From Candidatus Gastranaerophilales bacterium (GTDB taxonomy: Bacteria > Cyanobacteriota > Vampirovibrionia > Gastranaerophilales > Gastranaerophilaceae): a DNA stretch of 64,000 nt. Shown one piece after another: positions 18,786 to 28,941 of this stretch. The position numbers and the translations under genes were made by a program. Location: NCBI GenBank assembly GCA_944325175.1, contig CALUYZ010000005.1, forward strand, positions 15,484-79,483, given 5' to 3'. The notes beneath the pieces are model-generated. The model was not told where the DNA came from and did no database searches. It saw only the letters and a list, made by a program, of their open reading frames with translations. How positions within the stretch are numbered: position 1 is the first letter of the stretch; each line of letters opens with the position of its first letter.

Positions 18786-19616
18786 ATCTATGATAGTAAC
18801 CGTTGCGCCGCCGTTTGAACCATATCTTCCTTCGTATCCGTAGCCGTTTTGATAATCTCCTGCGCTTGTACCGTTGTTATCATCAAATAAATTTATTGTT
18901 TTACTTGAGTTATTTGGCGCATTGTTGTAATTTCCGTTTACAATTCCGTTGTTTGGCGGTGTTGGAACGGTAGAATAGTATGGGTCATTGTTTTCATCAT
19001 CTTTTTTAAATACATTTTTTATCTTATCTACGATGCTTTCTCTGTAATAGTAGTTTGGATTATTGTAAATACCGTTTGTGTAGCCATAGTTGTTGTAATA
19101 ACTATACCCTACAGGCGGTGTAAATCCTGTGATTGTGCCGTATGGTCTTCTGTTCCAAAAGCGGTTATTATACCACCTGTTACAGCCGCAGTTATGCCTG
19201 TGGTATCTGCCATAGCCTCTATAACCTCTATAACCCCCATAATAGCCGCCATACGACGGTCCGAAACCGCCAACACCCATATTTACTACGCCTATACCGG
19301 CTGCAATAAGGCATTTATTTGAATATTTATTTATCATATCCATTCTTTTTGAAAAGCTGCCCGATTGAATTGCGCCGAATATTTTTGCTTCAATTCTTGA
19401 TAGTCTTATATCTGTTGAATCATCCTTGAAAATTTTCCCAAGAATTTTATATTCTGCTTTTTCTAAATTTTTAATATCTATTTTATCTACGGCGTTTTTA
19501 CAGGTGAAATCATTGTATCCGTCTTTTACCTTGTAATTTGCATCTATAATGTTATTCTCTGCCATTGCAGGAATAATGCTTAAAATTAACCCTAAAATTA
19601 TAATGTATTTTTTCAT
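18783..19616 (-). CDS. Secreted hypothetical protein with Gly/Tyr/Arg/Asn-rich low-complexity C-half
   Basis: Signal peptide MKKYIIILGLILSIIPAMA. YGGYYGGYRGYRGYGRYHRH and N/Y-rich tracts. Confidence 0.55.
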   Translation of the reverse strand: MKKYIIILGLILSIIPAMAENNIIDANYKVKDGYNDFTCKNAVDKIDIKNLEKAEYKILGKIFKDDSTDIRLSRIEAKIFGAIQSGSFSKRMDMINKYSNKCLIAAGIGVVNMGVGGFGPSYGGYYGGYRGYRGYGRYHRHNCGCNRWYNNRFWNRRPYGTITGFTPPVGYSYYNNYGYTNGIYNNPNYYYRESIVDKIKNVFKKDDENNDPYYSTVPTPPNNGIVNGNYNNAPNNSSKTINLFDDNNGTSAGDYQNGYGYEGRYGSNGGATVTIID

Positions 19617-19677
19617 AATTTTAAGATAATACGGGTTGATTTTTTTTAAACCCTATAAAAAGATATTAGCTTATTGT

Positions 19678-20505
19678 TTAATAATTTAATTGTCTTATGG
19701 CAAAAATTGTTTTATCAAGCTCTGCTAAAAGCTTCATATCTTCTTTTAAAATGTTTTCAGGGTCATATTTAGTGCCCATAACGGGCGAAAATTTTGAATA
19801 GTAGTTTGCATCAAATTTTAAATTGCCTAAAACTTTTGCCTTATAGCTTAAATCCAATAAAAGCCAGTAAGAAGGGCTCATTCCTTCAGGTTTATCTTTA
19901 TAAAGTTTTTCAATTCGCCTTGCATGAAGATCTAATAAATTTACATTTGCATTGAATTTTTGAATATTTTCATGGTTTTCAATTACAACTCTAAAGCTTT
20001 CTAAGAATTTCATAATGCGCATCATATCGACCACATAGTTAGATGGTTTTTCTTTTTTTAGAATAACATCAAGAAACAGAGGGTCATTAACTTTTGATTC
20101 TTGAAATTCTTCAGGAAAATATTCATCGGCTGTTTTGCCGTTGTTTTTAACATTGGTTGTTTTTGGTTTTTTGTATTGATATTCTGATTTTATGTTGGGT
20201 ATTGTTCCAAAATAGCCGGATTGTACCGTATCAAATTGGGGTTGTTGCTTTTTGTTTCTGTTAAATAATTTTTTGAAAAAGCCTATTATTCCGCCTTCTT
20301 CATTTTTTGTTTGAATGGAATAATCTGATTGATTATTTACTTTAACTTCATTTGATGAGCCTTGTTTAATTTTATATTCATTATATTTTGGCACCTGAAA
20401 AGAAACATCTGGCGGAAGGTCAAGGTCATACATTGAATCAGCCCAAGCGCCAACATTTGTTAAGAAAAAAAGTATTAACGATAGAAAAAATAAAGCAATT
20501 TTCTT
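19678..20505 (-). CDS. Secreted hypothetical protein
   Basis: Signal peptide MKKIALFFLSLILFFLTNVGAWA from the internal ATG. No recognised motif. Confidence 0.5.
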   Translation of the reverse strand, partial: KKIALFFLSLILFFLTNVGAWADSMYDLDLPPDVSFQVPKYNEYKIKQGSSNEVKVNNQSDYSIQTKNEEGGIIGFFKKLFNRNKKQQPQFDTVQSGYFGTIPNIKSEYQYKKPKTTNVKNNGKTADEYFPEEFQESKVNDPLFLDVILKKEKPSNYVVDMMRIMKFLESFRVVIENHENIQKFNANVNLLDLHARRIEKLYKDKPEGMSPSYWLLLDLSYKAKVLGNLKFDANYYSKFSPVMGTKYDPENILKEDMKLLAELDKTIFAIRQLNY

Positions 20506-20555
20506 CATAATTAAATTATAATGATGAATTTGCAAAATGTAAAAAATATAAAGTT

Positions 20556-21110
20556 TTATATGTGGTTTTTATTATATTTTTCCTGAAGTTTTTGCATGTC
20601 AAGATTAAGCCAATCAACTGCGGCATTTGCTGCAATGTCTAAAACTTTGTTTAAGTTTTCTGTTTCATTTTTAGCAAAATTTTCAAGAACAAATTTTTCA
20701 GACGGACAATTTTTTGGTTGGGGACCAATTCCAAATTTTAATCTGTCAAAATCTTTTGAACCCGTTTCTTTGATGATTGATTTTATGCCGTTATGACCGC
20801 CATCCGAGCCGTTTTGTCTAAATCTGAGCGTGCCTAGGGGAAGAGAGATGTCGTCATATACAACTAAAATGTCTTTTATATCTAATTTATAAAAATTCAT
20901 GGCTTCAACTATTGCAAAACCCGATAAATTCATATAAGTTTGAGGTAGTAAATAAATAACATCGGAATCTTTTACAAAAAAAGATTTGAATTTCTCTTGA
21001 AGCTTTAAATTCTTTTTGCCAAGAATTCTATCCAACACCATAAAGCCTGAATTGTGTCTTGTATTTATATATTTTATATCGGGGTTGCCAAGCCCTATTA
21101 TCAACTTCAT
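20556..21110 (-). CDS. pth: Peptidyl-tRNA hydrolase
   Basis: MKLIIGLGNP...TRHNSGF and GHNG motifs. Confidence 0.92.
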   Translation of the reverse strand: MKLIIGLGNPDIKYINTRHNSGFMVLDRILGKKNLKLQEKFKSFFVKDSDVIYLLPQTYMNLSGFAIVEAMNFYKLDIKDILVVYDDISLPLGTLRFRQNGSDGGHNGIKSIIKETGSKDFDRLKFGIGPQPKNCPSEKFVLENFAKNETENLNKVLDIAANAAVDWLNLDMQKLQEKYNKNHI

Positions 21111-21236
21111 AATTTTTTTCCTTTCAATTTTAATTATAATACAAATTATCTTACTAGCTATTTATATGTGGAATAAAAAAATGACAACTAAGGGTTAATT
21201 TCAAAATAATCAAATTTTTTTTGGAGTATATAAAAC

Positions 21237-21818
21237 ATGAAGCAAACAAATAAAGATGAAAAAAATATAAAAAGTTCTAAAAAAGTAAGTGATTTTTTAG
21301 AAAAAAATAATCTTCACAAAAAAGATTTTGCGCAAATGATAGGTGTGACTTTGTCTTATGTATATAATATTATTGACGAAAACATCCCTTTTTCCACTCG
21401 CTCTACAACAATAGAACGTATTGCAACCGTTATGGATGTTATGCCTGAAGATTTTGAAGAATATATTATTGAAGACGATCCGACGCCATTTAATAAAAAT
21501 CTTCAAACCATAAAAGAATATATTAAAAAGAATAATTATAAAGTTGTTGATTTTCTAAAACTTTTTGAAAGAAAAAAGAGATTAAAAGTTGTTGATATTT
21601 TAAGAGGCCATGAGCCTTTACCGATTGATTATTTTGAGCTTTTATCGTTTAAAGAAATCTTAAAAATGAATGATGTTGATTTTTTTGAACTATGGAAAAA
21701 TATCATGCTTGATTATTTGCAAAAAGGCGGTCTTGATATTGAAAAAAATAAGCCATTGCTAGATAGTATGTTTATGTCAGCTAAAGAATATTTGAATAAT
21801 CAAACTAGACATATGTAA
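21237..21818 (+). CDS. XRE-type helix-turn-helix DNA-binding protein
   Basis: HTH-like segment KKDFAQMIGVTLSYVYNIIDEN near the N-terminus. Confidence 0.55.
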   Translation: MKQTNKDEKNIKSSKKVSDFLEKNNLHKKDFAQMIGVTLSYVYNIIDENIPFSTRSTTIERIATVMDVMPEDFEEYIIEDDPTPFNKNLQTIKEYIKKNNYKVVDFLKLFERKKRLKVVDILRGHEPLPIDYFELLSFKEILKMNDVDFFELWKNIMLDYLQKGGLDIEKNKPLLDSMFMSAKEYLNNQTRHM

Positions 21819-21902
21819 TATTTCTTAATGACAAAAAGTTAATTTTCTTGCCAACTTCACATGTTTAAATTAGTATGAAACAATAGGAAGGATTTTGGCA
21901 AT

Positions 21903-22466
21903 ATGAAAAGTTCCACATTACACAGATCAAATCTTTCGAGAGAAAGAATGGCGATGATAGAAAATGTTAAACCTCAAAGTTATAACAGCTCTGTCTCAGA
22001 TGTTAATCAGTATATGAAATTTCAAAGAAAACCTGAACTTGATGTTTTGTGGAGAGATTTTGAAAAAAGTGTTCAATCGAAATCAAAAACCAAAGCTCCT
22101 GTCGTTTATGCAGGAATTGGTTTTGTTTTAGGTCTTTTGTTTGCTCTTGGTATTGCAGTCATTATAGGGCTTTCAATGTATTCTGATACACAAAAGCCCG
22201 AGTTTGGTCAACAAGCAATTAAATTAGAAACAGGCAATGCTCCCGTTTCAATCGTTCCTTCCGCTACAAATGAAGATTCTCAGGTTCAAACAAATGCAGG
22301 CGAAGAAAAATATACGGTAAAAGCCGGTGATACTTTGGATAAAATTGCATTCAGATTTTACGGCAAGTATGACCCCGAAAAAATTAACCGTATAATGAAG
22401 CTTAACAATATTAAAGATGAAACAACAATTCAAATAGGGCAAGTTTTAATCATTCCTTTGGATTAA
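21903..22466 (+). CDS. Membrane-anchored LysM domain protein
   Basis: Central TM helix. C-terminal LysM (YTVKAGDTLDKIAFRFYG...IQIGQVLIIP). Confidence 0.75.
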   Translation: MKSSTLHRSNLSRERMAMIENVKPQSYNSSVSDVNQYMKFQRKPELDVLWRDFEKSVQSKSKTKAPVVYAGIGFVLGLLFALGIAVIIGLSMYSDTQKPEFGQQAIKLETGNAPVSIVPSATNEDSQVQTNAGEEKYTVKAGDTLDKIAFRFYGKYDPEKINRIMKLNNIKDETTIQIGQVLIIPLD

Positions 22467-22516
22467 TCATCTCTAATTTATGCATATTAAAGAATAGTAA
22501 AGAGGAAGAAGTATTT

Positions 22517-24067
22517 ATGCCTACTATGCTTATGGCTTGTTTTGCCTTGTTGTGTGCTCTAAGTCAAGCAGCATGTGCCGCAAGCATTGATGAACAAATT
22601 GATAAATATTTTGCGCCATTTTCGGATGCATTTTCAAAAGTTGTATTTTTTTCAATCAATGTTGGTGAAGCAAAAGTTCCTTTATTAATTTTACTTTTAA
22701 TAACAGCAAGTTTTATTTGTACTTTTTATTTAAGAGGCATAGGTATTTGGGGCTTTAAATACTCAATTAAGCAAATATTTGGCAGAAAACAAGAATTTAA
22801 TGAATCAAAAAATGATAAAGACGGAGAAGTTTCTTCTCTTGGCGCTCTTGCTACGGCATTATCCGGAACTGTCGGCTTAGGAAGTATTGCAGGCGTCGCT
22901 ATTGCAATATCGGTTGGTGGCCCCGGTGCTATGTTTTGGATGTGCGTTGGTGCTGTTTTTGCTATGGCGCTTAAATTTTGTGAAGTAACTTTGGCGCTTA
23001 AATACAGACGTTTTAATGCAGACGGCTCTGTTTCAGGCGGTCCTATGTTCTATATTGCTCACGGTCTTACAAGAAAAGGTCTTAGATGGCTTGGACAGCC
23101 TATGGCATTGCTTTTTGCCATAATGTGTGTTCCGGGCGCTCTTGGCGGTGGTTGCATGCTGCAAGTAAATCAGGCAACAAGGCAGATGATAAGCATTACA
23201 GGCGGTGAAAACAGCTTTTTTGAAGCTCATGCTTGGGTTTTTGGCTTGATTGTTGCTATTTTGGTAGGTTTAACAATAGTAGGCGGTATTAAAAGTATTG
23301 CAAACGTTACATCTAAAATAGTTCCTGCCATGTGCGGTTTATATATTCTTTCTGCATTAATTATAATTATCTTAAATTTTCAAAATATTCCAAATTGCTT
23401 TGTAACTATTGTGCAACAGGCTTTCTTTCCTGATGCTGTTACAGGTGGCATTATTGGCACAATCGTTATGAGTATGAGAAGGTCAATTCAATCTAATGAA
23501 GCCGGCTCAGGCTCAGCTCCTATTGCTTATGCTGCGGTTAAAACAAAAGAACCTGTTTCTCAAGGGTTTGTTTCTTTGATAGAACCCTTTTTTGTAACAG
23601 CTGTAATTTGTTCTATGACTGCACTTGTAATTGTTATAACGGGTCAATATCTTCATTATCAAGACGGCATGACAGGTGTTGAGTTAACCTCATCTGCCTT
23701 TGCTTCCGTATTTTCATTTTTCCCGTTTATATTGGCTGTAGTTATTGTTCTTTTTGCAATTTCAACAATAATATCTTGGGCTTATTACGGTCAAAAAGCT
23801 TGGAACTATATGTTTGGTGAAGGTTTTAAACGCACTAAAGTTTATCAAATTATGTTCTGCTGTTTTATTGTAATCGGTTCAAGCATGAATTTAAACAGCG
23901 TAGTAGATTTTACGGATGCAACCATGCTTGCAATGGCGCTTCCAAACTTAACTGCAATCTTTATTCTTTTAAAAGAAATTCGTTCAGACCTTATTTTGTA
24001 CTGTAAAAAGCATGGAATAAAAAGCAAATTAATAGAACCTTGGTTTAGAGATGACTTCCAAAATTGA
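22517..24067 (+). CDS. Alanine/glycine:cation symporter (AGCS family)
   Basis: AGCS signatures GGPGAMFWM and NEAGSGSAPIAYAA in a polytopic protein. Confidence 0.88.
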   Translation: MPTMLMACFALLCALSQAACAASIDEQIDKYFAPFSDAFSKVVFFSINVGEAKVPLLILLLITASFICTFYLRGIGIWGFKYSIKQIFGRKQEFNESKNDKDGEVSSLGALATALSGTVGLGSIAGVAIAISVGGPGAMFWMCVGAVFAMALKFCEVTLALKYRRFNADGSVSGGPMFYIAHGLTRKGLRWLGQPMALLFAIMCVPGALGGGCMLQVNQATRQMISITGGENSFFEAHAWVFGLIVAILVGLTIVGGIKSIANVTSKIVPAMCGLYILSALIIIILNFQNIPNCFVTIVQQAFFPDAVTGGIIGTIVMSMRRSIQSNEAGSGSAPIAYAAVKTKEPVSQGFVSLIEPFFVTAVICSMTALVIVITGQYLHYQDGMTGVELTSSAFASVFSFFPFILAVVIVLFAISTIISWAYYGQKAWNYMFGEGFKRTKVYQIMFCCFIVIGSSMNLNSVVDFTDATMLAMALPNLTAIFILLKEIRSDLILYCKKHGIKSKLIEPWFRDDFQN

Positions 24068-25196
24068 ATTTTATCAAGAAAAGCTTGAGCAATTAAAAAA
24101 AGACTCTAATTTAAGATGCCTTAGAAATATTTCGCAAGAGGGCAAATATTTATTTCTTGATAATTCAAAACTTTTGAATTTGTCATCTAATGATTATCTT
24201 GGAATAAGCATTGATGAAAACATTAAAGATAATTTTTTATCTGCTTATAAGGGAAAAATTGAAAATCCTTCAGCAAGGCTTTTAAGCGGTTCAAACAAGG
24301 TTTTTTTGGAGCTTGAAAATTTAATTAAAAACGAATTAAAGGTTGAAGATGTTCTTCTTTTTAATTCAGGCTACCATGCAAATGTCGGAATATATTCTTC
24401 TCTTTTGAATAAAGATGATGTTGTTTTTATTGATAGATTAAACCATGCAAGCATTATTGACGGTATTCATTTGTCGGGCGCAAAATTAATTCCTTTTAAT
24501 CATCTTGATTATTCTGACCTTGAAATTAAGTTAAAAAAATACAGAAACCAATTTAAAAATGCAATAATTTCTTCTGAAACACTTTTTAGCATGGACGGTG
24601 ACTTTGCAGACATCAAAAAGTTGGTTGAGCTTAAAAATAAATATAACGCTCTTTTTATTGCGGATGAAGCACATTCTTTCGGTGTTTTTGGATGTGGCAG
24701 AGGATATTGTTACGGTTTAAATTTGACTAATGAAATTGACCTTATCATGGGAACTTTCGGTAAGGCAGTCGGCTCTTATGGTGCCTTTGTTGCAGGCAAA
24801 AAAATTCTTATTTCTTATTTAATTAATTTTGCTCGCTCTTTTATTTTCTCAACTTCTTTGCCTGAAATTACAGTTTCTTTTTCAAAATATGTTTTGGAAA
24901 ATTACATCTTTAGCTCGAATAAACTGCAAAACAAGCTTTTTGATATTACAAAATATGTTCATCAAAAATTAAACGGATTAAATGTTTTATCTGACAGTTA
25001 TATTGTTCCTGTTGTATTGGGTGAAAATTCCCTTGCTGTTTCTCTTTCAGATAAATTAATTCAAAACGGTTTTTATGTATTGCCAATCAGATATCCTACA
25101 GTGAAAAAAGGCAGCGCAAGAGTAAGAATTTCTCTAAATCCATTTATTGAAAAGTCTGAAATTGATTCTTTGGCTGAAATTATAATTCCTGTTTAA
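24051..25196 (+). CDS. bioF: PLP-dependent alpha-oxoamine synthase (8-amino-7-oxononanoate synthase BioF/Kbl family)
   Basis: NDYLGIS, SGYHANVG, DEAHSFG and the lysine motif GTFGKAVG. The symbol is tentative within the family. Confidence 0.75.
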   Translation: MTSKIEFYQEKLEQLKKDSNLRCLRNISQEGKYLFLDNSKLLNLSSNDYLGISIDENIKDNFLSAYKGKIENPSARLLSGSNKVFLELENLIKNELKVEDVLLFNSGYHANVGIYSSLLNKDDVVFIDRLNHASIIDGIHLSGAKLIPFNHLDYSDLEIKLKKYRNQFKNAIISSETLFSMDGDFADIKKLVELKNKYNALFIADEAHSFGVFGCGRGYCYGLNLTNEIDLIMGTFGKAVGSYGAFVAGKKILISYLINFARSFIFSTSLPEITVSFSKYVLENYIFSSNKLQNKLFDITKYVHQKLNGLNVLSDSYIVPVVLGENSLAVSLSDKLIQNGFYVLPIRYPTVKKGSARVRISLNPFIEKSEIDSLAEIIIPV

Positions 25197-26037
25197 TTTC
25201 TTCTTTCATTTTGGATAAGGGACCATTTATAGGGTTTCTTAAAATTTTGAAATAGTTTTTAAAATATACAACGGGAAATTTTGGCAGCCAGCCGATTTTC
25301 ATAAAAATTGAAACTGCCTCTGCGCCTTGAGAGAGCATTAATTCGTCTATTGTGGCTTCATAAGCGGGAGAAATTGATGAAAAAACTTTAATTGAGTAAT
25401 CAGCAGTTGTTACAAGCGAATATTTTGATGCTGCAACCGGACTTGTAATAAGCTTGGTAATTTTAAATTCATCATTTTCTTTGATGTTTTTGACATCGCT
25501 TGGTAAGGTTAGAGTGCTGGCTGAAACTTGTTCAATTTCATACCATTCGTTATTGTATTTTACCCTCATTACGTTTGGTTTTGGCATATAAATATCGTCT
25601 GCAACATAGTCTATAAGCTGTTTGCCGTTTTTATCCACAACGCCGTATTTATAGTTTTTGTTTACAAGAAACATGCCCCCAAATAAAAGCTCAATCGAAT
25701 CTTTATCTTGAGATATAATAGTTTCACCAAATTCATTGTATAAGCCATAGCCTTTATTGTTCTTTAATTTGACATATTTGCCCAAGACTCTTGAAGCATG
25801 GGAAAACTTAAAGCACAACAAGGTTTTTCCTTCTTTGTCAACCACGCCATATTTGCTTCCTTTAAGCGCTATAAAAGCGTTTTCCCCGAGGCGAATTAAT
25901 TTTTTATATTTAGCTTCTAAAATTATTTCTTCATTATTTTTTAATCCGAATTTGTTTTTCTCTTGGTATATTTCAACCCCTAAAGAAGAACCCATTGTAA
26001 TTAAAAAAATAAAGAAAAATATTATTAACTTTTTCAT
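25180..26037 (-). CDS. Secreted WG-repeat (KWG-like) protein
   Basis: Signal peptide. Repeated KYGVVDK.GK..I / KGYGLYN.FGE motifs. Confidence 0.65.
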   Translation of the reverse strand: MKKLIIFFFIFLITMGSSLGVEIYQEKNKFGLKNNEEIILEAKYKKLIRLGENAFIALKGSKYGVVDKEGKTLLCFKFSHASRVLGKYVKLKNNKGYGLYNEFGETIISQDKDSIELLFGGMFLVNKNYKYGVVDKNGKQLIDYVADDIYMPKPNVMRVKYNNEWYEIEQVSASTLTLPSDVKNIKENDEFKITKLITSPVAASKYSLVTTADYSIKVFSSISPAYEATIDELMLSQGAEAVSIFMKIGWLPKFPVVYFKNYFKILRNPINGPLSKMKEEIKQEL

Positions 26038-26081
26038 AGTTTAAATAATAACATAAAATTTTATGTTATTATCTTTTTGTT

Positions 26082-28886
26082 ATGACAAATAAACCTTTCC
26101 AACTAACCAAAAAAAGAAAAATAATTTTAGCTTCAACGGTCGCATTAATTTGTGCAATTTTAGCTTTATATATCTTTGTTTTACCTTTTGTATTGACAAG
26201 CAAAGTTTTCATAAATAGTGTGCATAATTTTGTATTAAAAACAACGGGTGCAAATTTAGAAATTGTAAATCCTGTTGTTAAAACAAGCATTACACCTAAA
26301 ATTTTTATTTCATTTGACAAGCTTTCATTAACAAAAGAAAACGAAAAACTTTTAAATATAGATAAGTTTATCACTGCTTTTTATTTTGACCCCTTGTTTA
26401 AAAAAGAACTCAAATTCAAGGTTTTGGGCATAAATAAAATCTCTCTTAATGCTTCCAAACTTATTGAAATTCTTCCAAAACAGCAAGAAAATAATAAAAA
26501 ACAAGAAAAACTTCCTTTTAAAATAAATATTTTTGATTCCGTGTTTTTTGTAAACGAATGTAGTGTAAAATCTAATCTTATTAATGGCGCTAAATTAACC
26601 TTGAATGGTAAAAACCTTTTGATTGAGAGTGAAAAAAATCCAAAATACATAAGGTTTATTTTTGATGTATTAATTGAAAACGGTAAAGAAAATACTAAAA
26701 TCAGATTTACGGATAATAATAAATTTTACATTAAAGATAGAACATTAATTGCAGATGATTGTCCTTTATATATTAATAAATCTAAAATTCTTATTCAATC
26801 TCTTTCAAATGAGGGCTCTTTTGCTTTTATTTTAAAATCAAGGGGCTTTAAAATAAATGATGGCGCTTCGCTTTTGGGGCTTAACATTTTTATTAATAAC
26901 GGTTCTGATATTATAAGAGAATTAACCGATATAAAAGGAACTTCAGATCTTTATGTCAGACTTGATAAAGAAGGGCTTAAAGGCGGAGTTAGAGTTAATA
27001 AAAGTTCTTTTAAATTAAAATCTTTGGCAAATTTGCCTGTTTTTGTAAATGGCGGAATTATTAAAATAGAGCCTGATTTAATTACTTTGAAAAACTTTAG
27101 CGGTTTTTACGGCTCAGGTAAAAATAACAAACTCTCATTAGAGGGTACTGTTGCTGACTATTATAATTCCGTGGATACAAAAATAGCTATAAATACGGTT
27201 ATGACCGATGATTTTACAAGAAATTATTTGTCAAAATTAATTGGTTGCACAGTGACAATGACGGGCGAAAAACCCGCAGGAACAAGAATTGAAATTTATT
27301 CTAAGTTTAATAATATCGACATTATCTATATGGCCAAAGTTGATTCAGGCAACGATATATTAATTGAAAATTTATCTTTTAGCCCGCCAACTTACGATAG
27401 AGCAATAAAATGCGATATGCACATCAAAGGAAACATTCTAAACATAGAAAGTTTGAAATATTATATTGCAAAAGAAATTACTAAAAATTCCAAAGGTAAA
27501 ATTAAGCCTATAATAACTATGGAAGGTAATGTCGATTTAGCAAACAATTCAAAAATTTTGGATTTTGGTTTTGAAATTCCAAAGCCCTTGCCAAGTGAAT
27601 TTTTAAACATTTTTGTCGGACCCAAAACCTTTAAAAAGGGTCAAATTTCAGGCGGAATAAAATGGCTAAACAGAGGCAAGGTTCCAAAATTAATGGGTCA
27701 TCTTGCCATGAATAAGGTTATAATTCCTTCTCAAAGGCTTTATATAAAAGAAGGCACTTTTTCGACAGACCGGAATTACTTAAATTTCAATTCAACGGGT
27801 TATTTCAGGCGCTCAAAATATGACCTAAAAGGGCAAATTTCAAACTCTATTGTTTTTCCGATAATCGTTGATAATTTCAATTTAACTCTTGATTATATTG
27901 ATATTGAAAGGCTTCTAAAATCTCAAACAACCGCAGTAAATGTTAAAGATAAAGTAAGCGAAGAAGAATATATAAAAGCTGTAGAAACAAGCAATGTTAG
28001 TGCTTATGACGACTCTGCACCCGCTTTTGTACCAAACTTAATTGAAATTAAAAACGGCGAATTTAATCTGTTAAAAGGCAAATATAAAGAAATTGAATTT
28101 GCAAATGTAAAAGCCAAAATTTCATTAGATAGAAACGGCAATTTGAATATTAATTCAAACAGATTTGATTTTGCAAAGGGTCATTCTTCAGCCAAAGTGA
28201 TATGTAACTTGGTTGATAATAAATTCAGAGTGATATTGGGCGCAAAACAAATTGATTCAGATGTTATAGCAACTGCTCTTTTAAATTTAAAAAGGGAAAT
28301 TACCGGTCTTGCAAGCGGTATAATTGATATTAATACCGATGAAACTCTTGCACTAAACGGTATTATAAAGTTTGATATTAATAATGGCACAATCGAAAAA
28401 ATGGGACTTGTTGAATACGCCCTTAATTTTGTTTCGTTTTTCAGAAATCCTATGGCAATGATTAGCCCCTCTACTATTTTTGACCTTGTTAATATTCCTG
28501 AAGGCAATTTCGATAGAATTTGGGGTAATATTTCAATTAAAAATAATGTTGTTAACAAAATGATAATTAAAACAACTGCCCCTGAATTAGCAACTCTTAC
28601 TATGGGCAGATTTGACCTTGTTACAAGAGATGCTTCTCTTAGAATTTATACAAAATTTTCAAATAAAAATAAAGGCTTTACAGGCTTTTTAAGAGGTATT
28701 TCACTAAACAGTCTGGCAAATGTAGGTTCGTTTGGCATGAAAAATGATATTAACTACTATTCTGCCGAGCTTTCTTTAATTCCCAAGCTAAAAGTAGATG
28801 AAGAAAACAGTCAAATATTTTTAACTACAGTGGATGGAGATGTTGAACGTAATAATTTCTTATCTGCATTAAAAAAGATTAAGTAA
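26082..28886 (+). CDS. Large N-terminally anchored envelope protein, AsmA/TamB-like (tentative)
   Basis: 934 aa with a single N-terminal TM helix and long beta-rich repetitive sequence. The call is by architecture only. Confidence 0.35.
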   Translation: MTNKPFQLTKKRKIILASTVALICAILALYIFVLPFVLTSKVFINSVHNFVLKTTGANLEIVNPVVKTSITPKIFISFDKLSLTKENEKLLNIDKFITAFYFDPLFKKELKFKVLGINKISLNASKLIEILPKQQENNKKQEKLPFKINIFDSVFFVNECSVKSNLINGAKLTLNGKNLLIESEKNPKYIRFIFDVLIENGKENTKIRFTDNNKFYIKDRTLIADDCPLYINKSKILIQSLSNEGSFAFILKSRGFKINDGASLLGLNIFINNGSDIIRELTDIKGTSDLYVRLDKEGLKGGVRVNKSSFKLKSLANLPVFVNGGIIKIEPDLITLKNFSGFYGSGKNNKLSLEGTVADYYNSVDTKIAINTVMTDDFTRNYLSKLIGCTVTMTGEKPAGTRIEIYSKFNNIDIIYMAKVDSGNDILIENLSFSPPTYDRAIKCDMHIKGNILNIESLKYYIAKEITKNSKGKIKPIITMEGNVDLANNSKILDFGFEIPKPLPSEFLNIFVGPKTFKKGQISGGIKWLNRGKVPKLMGHLAMNKVIIPSQRLYIKEGTFSTDRNYLNFNSTGYFRRSKYDLKGQISNSIVFPIIVDNFNLTLDYIDIERLLKSQTTAVNVKDKVSEEEYIKAVETSNVSAYDDSAPAFVPNLIEIKNGEFNLLKGKYKEIEFANVKAKISLDRNGNLNINSNRFDFAKGHSSAKVICNLVDNKFRVILGAKQIDSDVIATALLNLKREITGLASGIIDINTDETLALNGIIKFDINNGTIEKMGLVEYALNFVSFFRNPMAMISPSTIFDLVNIPEGNFDRIWGNISIKNNVVNKMIIKTTAPELATLTMGRFDLVTRDASLRIYTKFSNKNKGFTGFLRGISLNSLANVGSFGMKNDINYYSAELSLIPKLKVDEENSQIFLTTVDGDVERNNFLSALKKIK

Positions 28887-28941
28887 CACCTTTTAAAAAA
28901 TTATTTTGTGATATAGTTGTCTTATAGGAAGCTTAACAACT

